A stretch of 64,000 nt of DNA from Tubiluchus corallicola. Its lineage: Eukaryota > Animalia > Priapulida. The stretch is from contig JAQGDQ010000194.1 in assembly GCA_030141605.1 (NCBI GenBank), positions 124,001-188,000 on the forward strand, read 5' to 3'. Made by a program: the position numbers and the translations under genes. Below the pieces are notes generated by a model that was not told the origin of the DNA, made no database searches, and worked only from the letters and a program-made list of their open reading frames with translations. The stretch's first letter is position 1, and every line of letters starts with the position of its first letter. Positions 13,721 to 26,083 of the stretch are shown piece after piece.

Positions 13721-14151
13721 TTAAACATAAATAAATATTTTTTGTTACCCAAACGTTACTAGCCTTTCTGCCACAATTTTATGCGCTTCTGAAATGCAGA
13801 ATCTTGCGAATAAGAGGAAACTGATATTTCCTGGTTTGAGGGACATCCTATATCGATGGATAATTATTGTAGGAACGGATAATACTAAGAACAGCGTTTG
13901 GTCAACTTGTTCATTTCCTTTCAAACTGACGGATTTTTTGTCTACATTCGTAGATGGTTGGTGACTTGCTATGCAGTGGCTTGTCTGTTGATAATTTTAG
14001 CCATCTTTTGAAACAATTCAAAGCCTTTTTCTTTTGATCGTCTAAATTATTGGTAAGTACATACTTATAAGTAAATGCTCAAAATTTTATTGTTACACAT
14101 TAATAAACATCTTTTATATACATGTACAGTTTTACTTATCTTAATTTCTAT

Positions 14152-14305
<154 letters not shown>

Positions 14306-14677
14306 TACATTTTATTATACGTAATGAAAGTTGTGTGGTTTTGCGTACTACAACATAATTAACACAAATAAATTCAATCAGTCATTACAAATATACAGTG
14401 GTACAGAGAATAGTGCAAATTTGCTGAAATTTACTCTTGATAGTGCGAACTGCAACAGGATAGAAGAAAATTAAGGTCCTTGTCGTTTGCGCTCTCTTTG
14501 CGGTCATCGTTTCATACAAATGTGCCACAGGTTACGTTGAAAATTTATATTGAACATTTAACTAGATCTAGATATCTTCACCTTACGCAGAGTTTTTTCG
14601 AAAATGGTGCAAATCTTTGCATGATTTTTATGTTGTTATATATGATAAAAAAACGCATGAAAAAGTATGAATATCGC

Positions 14678-14942
14678 TAAGATAAGATAAGACAAGACAA
14701 GACAAGACAAGACAGGACAGGACAGGACAGGACAGGACAGGACAGGACAGGACAGGACAGGACAGGACAGGACAGGACAGGACAGGACAGGACAGGACAG
14801 GACAGGACAGGACAGGACAGGACAGGACAGGACAGGACAGGACAGGGCAGGGCAGGGCAGGGCAGGGCAGGGCAGGGCAGGGCAGGGCAGGGCAGGGCAG
14901 GGCAGGGCAGGGCAGGGCAAGGCAAGGCAAGGCAAGGCAAGG
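14678..14942. repeat. Compound pentanucleotide microsatellite TAAGA/CAAGA/CAGGA/CAGGG/CAAGG
   Basis: Seen directly. It accounts for the spurious CPALP/CPVLS ORFs. Confidence 0.97.
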
Positions 14943-16656
14943 TTTCAAAAACACAACTGCAAGCTGCAAGAGCTTACCGACGAATAAATAAAACTATTCA
15001 GCTACGGTTAAAAACTAGGGGATCGTTAAGTTTCGAAGAAATTTAGACTAGAAACTTGTGCGTGACTAACTTCCTTGAGTCAGAGATTAACTGTCCTTTT
15101 AGATTACATGATCGTGTGTGGCACTTGGAAGTAACCCGCACACAGTTAAGCTGTTTATAGACCTACTTGGATTGATTGATTTAAAAAGCATATGTATTTT
15201 GAATATGTTAATTTTTCTATAGTTCACACTTCCATTTCAAGTCAAATTTAATCAATTAATTCAGGAGCCCTGTCGAAAGTTCTTCAGCTGGTATGATACA
15301 AACACGCCTGTAGAAAGGAAGTTTCTATCATTGCGACATTTCCTGTATTTAGCCCACAACCTCGATCTTCGTTATTCCTTAGAAGCTTTAGTTCTTAGGC
15401 ATTAGACGTCATAACAATTTCCACGTACATGACTACTCAGTGAGATTAAAAGTTGTTTTGTATATGGAGTTACTGATTACTTATAGTTATACATATTAGA
15501 ATTAGTGGCGATAAAATCGCAACATTTCAGATCTATAAAATAATATTAACTTGTGTTTCTTATTTACACGAATTATTTAAAAACCTTTAAAAGTCCTTGA
15601 ATACGTAATTGCAAAGTGGTAAGTACGGCCTGACAGTATGATCATGGTTAATCTTTTACTTTGAAATACATATTTACATAAATGACTTCTAGTTGCAGGC
15701 AAAGTTTAATTTAATTACAAGTACACTAAGTACACACAGGCACGCACGACCGCCCACCCGCCCTCACACACACACAAATACTCACGCACGCACGCACGCA
15801 TGCACGCACGCACACACACATGCGTCGTCACATGCTATGCTCGCTTGGTTTGATGATGAAGTCGGATGCTATAGCCATTCTAACAGTTCGCCAGGGTTCG
15901 TACATTTGGGAGTAGTTACATGAAGGGACGCAAAGAGCTTCCCGATCTGCTATCGTCTCAAAGAAGAGGAACAATGGTGCTACGTTGGTTGCTGCAGTCC
16001 TGTACGAGCCTGCGGACTTGGTCTAGCCATCTGGTTGAGGAACACGATGCGAGACGCACGTACTCGGACATCAACTTTTATGGTAAATTGAACACCAGAA
16101 GTCTCCAGACTGCCTGCTGAATACGACCCGGACAGAGCCAGCTCTCCGAGTCTTAACTGCAGTCATTTCTTAATTCTTTTTGCAGAAAAAATTTCACATT
16201 TTAAATTAAAATTTCGTAAGAGTAAATTGACAACCGGCATGGAGCACGATGGGGTAGACATATGGCGTGTTACTTAATTCAGTGATTTTAGTCGTACTAC
16301 AGTTTTTTACGTTTTCTTCTCAAATATGCGACAACCGGCATATCAACACCATCCGCTCTTCGTTACACTGTATTACTAAGCATTTCGCTTACTTGCTGAA
16401 GAGACTTATGTAACTGGAAATAATAACTTAAAATGTTCGTGCTTATTGGTAAAATGTCGCTGGCTTAGCCTCCAGGGTGCGCCACTCACTAACCAAAACG
16501 TATTTGTAATCTCATTGACAAGATACAGTAATTTAAAACTTTACTTAGTTAGTGACATGCGTGTTACGCATTTTCTGATTACTTTTTCAAACTTCAATGT
16601 TATTTAAATTCGTTTCAAACCACCTATCATTAAAATGGCTGCGCCTAACGGTCATC

Positions 16657-17998
16657 TGAAAAAGGGAACCTGACAGATTGCAACAATTGGAGAGGAATAA
16701 CTCTGATGTCAATACCTGGAAAAGTCCTGAGTATAGTGCTGCTAGATCGGTTGAGAGATGCTGTTGATATAAGACTAAGAGAACAACAAGCTGGTTTTAG
16801 AAAAGGAAGATCATGCTGTGAACAGATATTCACTCTCAGAAACATCATTGAGCAATGTATGGAATTCCAACAGCCCTTATTAATCAATTTTATTGATTTC
16901 AAGAAGGCTTTTGACTCTGTTCACAGGCAGTCTCTATGGAAAATTGCTTCTCTGTATGGTATCCCACAGAAATTCATTTCAACCATCCAGAACTTTTACC
17001 AAAACAGCGGCTGTTGTATAAGAACACAAGAGGGAAACACCGAGTATTTCACCATCGAAACTGGAGTTAAGCAGGGTTGCATTATGTCGCCATTCCTGTT
17101 CCTACTGACGATTGATTTCATCATGAACAAGGCGGTTGATGGTAAAGATCTAGGAATGCAATGGAAACAACAACAACGATTGGCAGATCTGGACTTTGCT
17201 GACGATATAGCTCTTCTGGAAACATCAAAAGAAAGCCTGCAACAACTGACCACAAGTATGGAAGAAGTAGCGGGAAAAATTGGATTGAGAATTAGTCAAG
17301 AAAAGACCAAAGTTTTGAAAGCGTGGACAAACCAACAGAATGATGTACATATAACAGTGGGAGGCCAAATGGTTAAGAACGTTACCAGTTTTTCATATCT
17401 GGGCAGTGTGATGATCTGTAATGGAGGTACAGAAAATGACATCAGGGGGAGAATTGGCAAAGCAACAGCAGTATTTAGGAAGATGGGAAAAATCTGGACA
17501 AGCAAGAAAATTGACATGAAAATCAAACTTCGTCTGTACAACGCCATTGTGCTGCCAACGGCTCTCTATGCCAGCGAAACCTGGAAAGTCACAGCGGAGT
17601 TATCAAAGAAACTGAACGTCTTCCACCAAAAATGCCTTCGAAAGATACTAAAAATCTCCTACCGCGACCATGTCACCAATGTAGAAGTTCTTCAACGAGC
17701 GCAGTCATTGCGGTTACAAGATATAGTTACAGAGAGAAGAATGAAACTGGCTGGACATATTCTCCGTCTATCAGAAAGTCGCTACGCCAAAACAGCAGTA
17801 CAGTGGGAACCACCTGGTGGGAAACGAAAAAGAGGTCGGCCAAAAACAACGTGGCGCAGATCCTTCAAAGAAGACCTTCGAGCTGTCAACAGACGTTGGG
17901 AAAACGTAGAGAACGAAGCCGCCGATAGAACTCAGTGGAAAATGCTGTCTGCCCAATGTGCATCAATGCGCAGGAAGGACTAAGGTCTAAGGTAAGGT
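16657..17998 (+). mobile_element. 5'-truncated RTE-clade LINE, recent insertion
   Basis: Flanked by TSD CTAACGGTCATC (16645-16656 and 17999-18010). A tandem TAAGGTC tail follows directly after the stop codon, and the RT ORF is uninterrupted. Confidence 0.93.
16706..17983 (+). CDS. RTE-clade reverse transcriptase (N-terminally truncated ORF2)
   Basis: Motifs QAGFRKGRSC, FIDFKKAFDSV, GVKQGCIMSPFLF, LDFADDIALL, FSYLGS and the RTE-type C-terminal GKRKRGRPKTTW. The frame is open upstream to the truncation point (KKGNLTDCNNWRGITL). Confidence 0.93.
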   Translation: MSIPGKVLSIVLLDRLRDAVDIRLREQQAGFRKGRSCCEQIFTLRNIIEQCMEFQQPLLINFIDFKKAFDSVHRQSLWKIASLYGIPQKFISTIQNFYQNSGCCIRTQEGNTEYFTIETGVKQGCIMSPFLFLLTIDFIMNKAVDGKDLGMQWKQQQRLADLDFADDIALLETSKESLQQLTTSMEEVAGKIGLRISQEKTKVLKAWTNQQNDVHITVGGQMVKNVTSFSYLGSVMICNGGTENDIRGRIGKATAVFRKMGKIWTSKKIDMKIKLRLYNAIVLPTALYASETWKVTAELSKKLNVFHQKCLRKILKISYRDHVTNVEVLQRAQSLRLQDIVTERRMKLAGHILRLSESRYAKTAVQWEPPGGKRKRGRPKTTWRRSFKEDLRAVNRRWENVENEAADRTQWKMLSAQCASMRRKD

Positions 17999-19069
17999 CT
18001 AACGGTCATCGCGGGAATTTAAATTTACAAGTTTGAGCTTTGGGTAAGTGGAGGGTTTTCTTGTGCTTTCAACTTCTTTAACTTAGGCTAGAATATAAAA
18101 GTGCTAGAATGATATAAACCCAAAAGCAAAAACACAGAATGCAGGCGTCACGGTTATAAATTGCACAGAAGCAGCAATAACAAATTAAAATTATTCATTC
18201 CAGCTAATTGTAAAGTACATAATCATGCAATAAACATGTTCTAAAATAAGATTAATCAATGCAGTCCAAAGATTTAAAATAATTAATACCAATATCATAA
18301 TTGAGAAGTTTCAGCTTAACAATTTGCAGTGTCTCCCGTACGTTAGTATGTCTACGTACAAGAGACAACATCAAGTTAACGATACTAGTCTCTAAACTAT
18401 GACTACTATCCTTTTCAAGTCGCTCACACAGATCTTTTGATCTAGTTCCTTTCTGTCATCCGTGGCTCACAGTGGTGGGCACAACCTTCATATTGATTAT
18501 GACCATATACTTTTACTGTTTATATTATTTTTGTTTCTAGTAAATAATAAAAATAATTAACATAAGTCGAACTTCTGTAGCTTCAACCGGCCATTTATTG
18601 TTATCAGCTGCTTATAGTTTTTTTCAAGCATCTGGCAGATAATCTCCATAACCATCTACTATTTAGCCCACGACTGTCACAGATGGCTGAGCCTTTGGAA
18701 CTCATAAAAACTATAAACGTGTACATTTGTTCAATTCGTTTTTACTTAGTCATGTTGATAGAGTATCACTGTGTTTTAGCTGAGTCTAACGATTTATAAG
18801 CGTACACTAATAATATATTTGTGGTTATAATATTATTACAATTATAACTATTATAATTAAAACATAATTTTGCATAATAGTGTGAGGTTTATATTGCAAT
18901 TATAAATTTCCAAGTATGGGGCCCAAGCGATAAGTTATGTCGTCATCGTTGTTGTTGTCGTGGATTCAGTCAAGAACTACTGGTCGTGTCGTATTTATTA
19001 TAGGGTTTTATTGAAACACTGACACTGAATAGAGCAAGCTCCAAGAAAAATTGTGTTCTTTTTAGAACA

Positions 19070-19207
19070 ATGAATCTTACAAAAGACAAGACGTTGGATT
19101 CTCATGCGCCATGTGTGCAGAACAAATATTCTTCTGAAACATCTCACAATGAAATAGTGGAAGAAAAGCGATGTGGCTGGTGGTGTTGCAAGCCAAAATT
19201 CCTGCAA
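19070..19207 (+). CDS. SLCO4A1: OATP (SLCO4-like) coding exon 1
   Basis: MNLTKD...EEKRCGWWCCKPKFLQ resembles the OATP4A1 CGWW..P..LQ segment. An acceptor at 19065 implies an upstream UTR exon; donor CAA|GTAAGA. The symbol indicates the closest recalled family member, not proven orthology. Full join: 19070-19207, 19324-19486, 23345-23515, 25175-25345, 27270-27372, 27593-27714, 27977-28237, 29564-29762, 29924-30083, 30519-30691, 31084-31297, 32903-33076 = 2049 nt, 682 aa. Confidence 0.8.
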
Positions 19208-19323
19208 GTAAGAAATCTTTTCTTGAAACAATTAATTTGGTAGAGATGTAATTTGCGAAACTCTACAATTCAGTTTTACTTATGTTACCATTGATGTAGT
19301 ACAGCAAGTTATATACTTTCCAG

Positions 19324-19486
19324 GTTTTTAATAAGCCAAAATGGATGTTGGTGTGCATGTGCTTGGCAGCGCTAGCTCAGGGTATGACGGTCAATGGTTT
19401 TGTCAACATCTCTATATCAACTATAGAAAAACGCTTCGACTTAAACAGCAAACAGACTGGGCTTGTAGCAGGAATGTATGACATAG
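19324..19486 (+). CDS. SLCO4A1: OATP coding exon 2
   Basis: [36 protein letters not shown] is the canonical OATP TM1-TM2 motif; AG/GT boundaries. Confidence 0.93.
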
Positions 19487-19929
19487 GTAAACCTGCTTAG
19501 TCACGTTAATGTTTCCTTCCTGTAACAGCCTTGGAAGATTCAAAATTTCGCATAATCAAATAAATTTGTCACATATTTGCACTAATTTACATCTAAACAA
19601 TGACAACTTTATGACGTGAACATTTAGGTAGACATTTTAGTACCTAATTATTTGGGATATTCAACTTAATACTGTACAATTATGTAAAATTATAAAACGC
19701 ACGTCGATGTAAAATTATAGTTTGAGTGGGGTAAAATGCTGTAAGATGCAATAATCCGCACAGGAGTGGGAGGGGGCGTCTAGCTGATTAATCCGGTGAC
19801 TGAACAACTCCTAATCAGGTCCTGTACGGGGAATATTATACTGTTAGTTCCTGACTGAAACCTGCACGTGCCCAGTCATTCTTGCTATGCCCAACAGTTT
19901 TGAAACGTTGTTAAAACGGTAATAATAAT

Positions 19930-22900
19930 AATAGTAGTAGTATTTTTATTGTCCTTACAACCAACAAGTTTACATGTACATTTACAATAACGATATTGGT
20001 TTACAAATTTTGCGAAAGTATAGCGCAAAATACACAGCAGTGGCAATAAAATTTTTTTAACCTAATAACATCCAAAAAGGTATTTTACACTGTATTAATA
20101 ACCAGATAACAATTTAGTGATAACATTTTAACTAACTTAACTAAAGAACTTAACTAACTATTAAGAATATCACTTAAAAATTTTCCGCAGGTTAATGGAT
20201 TGATATTGTGAAACTCCAGAATATTACTTAAATTTAGATTGTATTTTTCTCTCACCGCTTTTGTTTGTTCACAAACAGTAACGACGTGTTCCTCATCTTG
20301 CAGTACCTTACTGCAGGATACAGCTTTTGGTAGTGTGGGGATAGGGGCATAGAGTCAACGTCCCGGCTCAACTTTCAGTCTGTGAGAAGACGGAACAAAA
20401 CGTTTAAAGTTAATTCTAAGGGCATCTGGAATAGTAAATTTATAAATTTCATGTTGTTCTGTCGAATGATTTAACATTAAGTAAGTGGCGAATCTAGTCT
20501 TAGTCTGACTTTCTCTTGTAATGCATTCTAGGCTACTTCTTGAACTATGAACAAAACAACGATTGAATGTTCTAAAATTCGAGGAATTACTTGGCAGGTT
20601 ATTCATAAGCTCCCAGGCTATAGCTATTGGTTCATGTCATGTAGCTTTTTGCTCATGTAGTCTGCTCTTCTCTTAAGAGTTCTGTCTTTTAACGTTGGCA
20701 TGTCAGCTTCAGCATAACATAATTCATTGGGTGTTTGTAATTTCACCACAAATAAAGCTTTCACAACCTTATTGTACAATACTTCTAAACGTTTAAATTC
20801 ACTCGTTAACCATGTTTCAACTCCATATAACAAGGTACTTGTTGCGCAAGCCTCTGCAACTTTCTCTTTTAACAAAAATGCCATGTTATAATTACGTATT
20901 TTAGCATATGTTTGAATTGTCTTTAACGTGGATTTTCATAATTGAAGACATTTTACCGTCGTCTGTGATAGGAGACCCTAAATACCAGTAAGATTGTGTG
21001 TAATTAACCTGCAAATTGCCACACCCAAAATTAGTTCTACACGTATCTTCATGCGCACCGTTTATAACCATAAATTTTGTTTTTGTTTGGTTAACTGACA
21101 TATACCGAATTTGTCGCAAAATTCTAAAAGTAATTTAAATGTTTCAGTACAGGATTCCCGAGACGTACCAAGAATTGCTGAATCGTCCATGAACAGTAAT
21201 GTATGCAAAGTGTAAAGAAATTCATCCGCTCTGAAATAACTGATTTTTCTCACCAAAAAGTCTGCGTAAAAAACGAACAGAGAACAGCTCATTGGGGCTC
21301 TTTGTTGAAGAACGCAGATTTGAAAACAAACTTTGTACAACTATACATTGCACAAATCATAAGCAAGAACTTCTGACCACAACCTTTATTTTTTAATCGT
21401 TGTAATAACATTAACCTGGGCACCTTGTCATATACCAGTTGGAAATCTACATACAGAAACCTCATTTTGACTTTGCTCGCTTTTGCATACTCGATTAAAA
21501 GTCAAGGGCTAATATTTGATCAATAGACCCCTGCCGGGCTGAGCTCCTGTTTGTTCAAGTCTTGGCTTATACCATAATTCAAATCTTTTTATCATAATTG
21601 ATTCAAACATTTTTCATAGTGCATCTATTATAACAAGGCCCCTATAGTTCTTACACATATTACGAGACCCTTTCTTAAAGATAATTACCAATCTAGAGAA
21701 ACACCATTGTGCAGGATAACAAGCATGATAAAAAATAATGCTAAATTGTGTTATAATAAAAGTTATCCATACGGTTGGTAAGAATCTAAAAATTCCTGGT
21801 TGACTGCCATCCAAACCAGCCGCTTTGTTTGGTTCACATCCATTTAAGGCATCAATACATTCATTAACAGAGATATTAGAGTCTAAAACAGGTATATAAA
21901 GTGCTCCAGCGACTACAAAATCACTCACAGAAACGCTAATTGCCGGATTTAACAAATTTTCAAAATTATCTTTAAATTGAACCACCGACAGCTCTTTACT
22001 GTCAGCTGAAGTTGAAGGGGCCATAAGATCATTCCACCCGATTGCCGTCCATTAAGGTTTGAACAGCTTCGTCTTACACTGTTATGGACAATTCTCACGT
22101 TTTCATTATTTAGCGGGAGAAATATTAGCCTATTTCTAGATTTTGTTATGGTCAATTGAAATTGCAAGTGAATTTTTGGAAATATTATAGTCTAGTTTCG
22201 TTTATAGGAAGAAATGCACAACGCTTCCATCTATGAGTAGCTGATTAAACTATTATACAATCAAGAAAATACGAAGTTTAGTTTATGGCCTTGCAAGTTG
22301 GATAAAAACAACTAATTCTGTTTAAATTGAAAGATCATTTTTTGGCTACTTGAAGTGTCAGTTTCCTGTAAAAACAGCTGCTGTTCTGCAAATTTGCGTT
22401 TATGAAGAAGTGCAATCAGTTTATCTGCTGATTTTTTCCAGTATGCTTCAACCAATCACTTGCGTGGTCACAACTTTAAACTGTTCACGGCTTTCTCGAG
22501 ATTAAACGTATCAAAATTTTCATTTGCTAACAGAGTTATAAACATTTGGAATGCTCGGGTCTCTTACGTAGTTCTTGTTACCAGTTTTCACTAAAACATT
22601 AGCTAATGTTAATTTACTGCCCTATTGCAACTTTATCCGAAACATGTAGCATTGTCATTGGCGTAATTGGTTCTCTCCATATCGTATAATTGTATAAAAC
22701 GTATTGCATATAGAATATAATTCATATTTAGGTACATTTTATTAGGAACTTTTTAATGAGAGATATTCAATTTTAGGGAATTGTTTTTATAAATTTTATT
22801 TTTGGGCATCCAATTATGCCTTACAGGATCAGCGTAAGTGCGCATGCGCCTGCTGATTCTTACTTTTATACAATTTTAATATATGTATAAATGTCAAATA

Positions 22901-23270
22901 AAATTAAGAAAACGTTGTTATTGTTTAAGTATTTCACTATGTTGCGTCAGTGTTTCAGGGTTTAGTTTGACAATAAGTTTATGTCCTCTCTAAAAGTGGC
23001 TAGTTTACCGTCAGTAATCTCCAATACTTCATTGCGGTCTGGTTTGTTGTCGATCTTGTCTTCTGAATTTCGCAACCGCTCATTAATCTGTGATGACATA
23101 GATGCCATTTCGACTTTAACTCCATCTAAAGTAGCTTTAATCGCCGTGATTTCATTAGTCAACGTTGTTAACCTATTGATGACCACAAGTATGTTATCAG
23201 AAGAGTTATAAGTAATATTTTCTGTAGATTCGCACATAGTTTCTAAGTCAAATGAGCACTCCGTGTTTAC
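19930..23270 (-). mobile_element. Decayed LINE (tentatively RTEX-like) in OATP intron 2, antisense
   Basis: Frameshifted ORF2 pieces: NKAAGLDG, IFKKG...NYRGL, LLFMDDSAIL, YWYLGS, SSHRLKVE.GR and QDEEHVVTVC. AATAAA plus a (TAC/TAT)n tail near 19921-19950. A coiled-coil ORF1-like piece lies at 22962-23237. Confidence 0.8.
22450..22905 (+). mobile_element. CR1-type LINE 3' end nested in the antisense LINE
   Basis: LRGHNFKL...FSFANRVINIWN is a typical CR1 ORF2 C-terminus; AATAAA at about 22897. Confidence 0.7.
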
Positions 23271-23344
23271 AGCAGAAGGGATGATCGAGTTGTGTGAACC
23301 ATGGGCTGAAGAATGAGAGTCAGCTATATTTCAATATATTTCAG

Positions 23345-23515
23345 CTACTGCACTGAGTATGATATTGGTTGCTCATTTTGGAGGTCATGGCCACAAGCCA
23401 AGATGGATCGGATTTGGACTGATCATTTTAGGAATGGGAGGCTTTTTATTCTCAGTACCACATTTTGTAGTTGGGCTGCACAATCCCAGCACATTGGACA
23501 GAAATACCTGTGGAA
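23345..23515 (+). CDS. SLCO4A1: OATP coding exon 3
   Basis: VAHFGGHGHKPRWIGFG...FLFSVPHF; phases 1 to 1. Confidence 0.93.
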
Positions 23516-25174
23516 GTAAGTATGTAAGTATTTCCATTATAGATGTGGTATTTCCATTGTACAATGAATGATTTTGCTAGTTTTTGTGGTCTTTCTGGAG
23601 AATTTTTCTTTGAAATACTGTCTCCTGTCGCTTTCAGCAAACGTGATCAGTATTGTGTAAGTTTAGGTGTTGAAACATGCGAGTAACAACTCTTAGATTA
23701 GTGTTCAATAGGTGGCGTTAGTGCGATAGCGATACATAAGCTAGGTGTTTAATGTAAGGCAGTCACGTGGATATGCACTGATTTTATTTGGTCAATTGAT
23801 GCACATCAAGTTTCTATATAACCGACTTTGGAATGCATCTACTTCTTTCTGCTGTGCAACCTTCAATGTCTAGAGTTCAGAGTATAAAGGAATACCGGTT
23901 CAGTCAAAGCTGTTAACACCTTAAACTTTGTTTAAAGTGAGATCTTTTTGCTGCTGAAAATTTGAATATTTGAACCATGGTTAAACAAATTTGAATTATA
24001 TAAAACTGCAGCTTTTGGCTGCGCTGTACAGACTGAGTAGCAAGGGTTTACCTGTAGCTTTTGAACCGGAATTAAGCAAGTTTTAGTTAGATTGAATTGT
24101 AGCTTTTGTGCATCATCCAACAGTAAAAATATGCAGAATAGTTTTATATTAGTGTTAAATTCTGGCAACCTTACTCTATAATAGAGGAAAAAACACAGTT
24201 TATTAATTTTTTATCTAAGTATCACACAGAAATAAGGAAATGTGCAAAAATGGAAAAAAAAACATGGATTAAAACCGTCGATCTGAATTGCTGCAAACTT
24301 CTCTGGTTGACTGAGTTGTTAGACGAGAAGATGAGCTTCTGAGTCCATCGTCCTTAGTTAAATTGAAGCCGAGTTCCGACTTTTTAATTATTATTTGGAT
24401 TTAAAAAATTAGTAAATTGTAGGTTTATTCAATAATTAATTGGTAATCTTACAAGGAAAATTGTTCGTAATTAGTGCATCTACAGCTCGTCGGTTAGTGT
24501 GAACAGCATTGATGCAGTGTCAGACAGACAAATTTGATATCAGCCGGAGTTTGGAGCACTATTTAATTCACAGAAGTAGTGTGAACAGTATGGATAGTAG
24601 TAACCCTTGAAATAGTACAAAATTTTTTGATGATAATAAACATGAGAAGTTTTTGGTAAGTGGCTAGGTGTTGTTGGGAATGACACTACTTTTTACATTG
24701 CAGCCTTTCAATTTTTCTGTCTTGTGTTTAGCGAACGCGATAGACAAATTGCAGTGTCTGGTCCTAGCAGTCTTATGTTTTTCCAAAAAAAAAAACAATT
24801 AACAATCATTTGCAAATGCCTGCCCATATTTCTTGTCGGAAATGGTGCTGACAAGGCAATGGCATAACAGTGTCTAAGATTAATGACTATGTTCATACAC
24901 TGTGAGATAAAGATTTATTTTAAAATTCGGCCCAATGTGTGCAATAGACGTAATGGACCTATGGTGATGATTATGACGTTGATAAGATTTCTTGTGAGCG
25001 GTGATAGAAATAAATAATAATTTTTTTTGCGCTAGTCAGTAAACACAAAGGGCAAGTAAAACGCTTGGACACGAAAAACGTTTTTTAGTGAGAACAGAAT
25101 CAGATTTCATCATGCAATCACTTGCTTTATCTATCTAATGCGATACCTATTTTATATAATTTGTATTGTAATAG

Positions 25175-25345
25175 GTGAATTTGAAGAAGATTGTGGTAGT
25201 GAAACAGGTACACCATTGACGAAGTATTCGTATGTTTTCTACTTTGCTCAGTTACTACACGGAATAGGTGTAACTCCGGCTATTGTTCTTGGCATTACGT
25301 TTATAGATCAAAGTGTGTCTGCCAAGGTATCGGCACACTATTTAG
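25175..25345 (+). CDS. SLCO4A1: OATP coding exon 4
   Basis: AQLLHGIGVTPAIVLGITFIDQSV...HYL; phases 1 to 1. Confidence 0.92.
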
Positions 25346-26083
25346 GTAAGATTTCACAATACAAGATTAAAATCTATAGCCCATCCACACGGTTATTCAA
25401 AACACTGGCAGTGTCGAGTTTCTCAGTGTTGAAGGATCGTGTGAACGTCGAGAATAACAGTGAAATTTGAATGTAACACAAGTTTGATGATATCAAACTG
25501 CTCTTAATTTTTGACAGTGTCAGCCACCGTTCTTGAAAAGAACAGCCAATAATAATGCGCGCTGATGACGCAGCTAAAAAGGTCATGTTTCTGTTAAAAA
25601 CAAAGAAGTATTAATAAAAAGCCACTGTATATATTTTGTAAAAGCACGAGTGCAGCAATTTCTATGAGTGACTTTACGCAAGCTTTATAGGTTTTGTAGA
25701 GGGTAGTCTTTGTAGAGAGTTACATGAACTTGCGCTCGAAATGTGACGTCTAACGTGCAAAAGCGCAATCTATGTTGCTTTGTCAACTTACTCTTAATTT
25801 CTAGATATTGGTGAAAATTTGCCCAGTAAACGAACGAATTTGGTGTTGTCCTAATATAGTTTAAAAATTCATATGCGCTTCTGATTTTTAATTTCCGAAA
25901 TATTTGATTTTGACTTCTTGCTTCATTTCTTCGCTGAAGTTTTTTTCTTTGTTTCGCTTTCCCCTTGTAGCATATGCTAAAACGAAGCTCGTTTTCATAC
26001 AAACCGCTTTCGCGCTATTTCAGAAATGAAGCAAAGTTACAGATTACCCTTTCAAAAATAATTATGTGTAGAGTGACAGTCAG

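Larger units (their letters stand above)
16330..18071. mobile_element. Non-autonomous DNA element copy 1 (possibly Kolobok-like), interrupted by the RTE LINE
   Basis: 16380-16656 plus 18011-18071 align with 54968-55384 and 52170-52589. The left boundary is approximate. Confidence 0.6.

Noticed and set aside
14628-14969. Cys-rich CPALP/CPVLS ORFs
   Set aside because: Translation of the pentanucleotide microsatellite.
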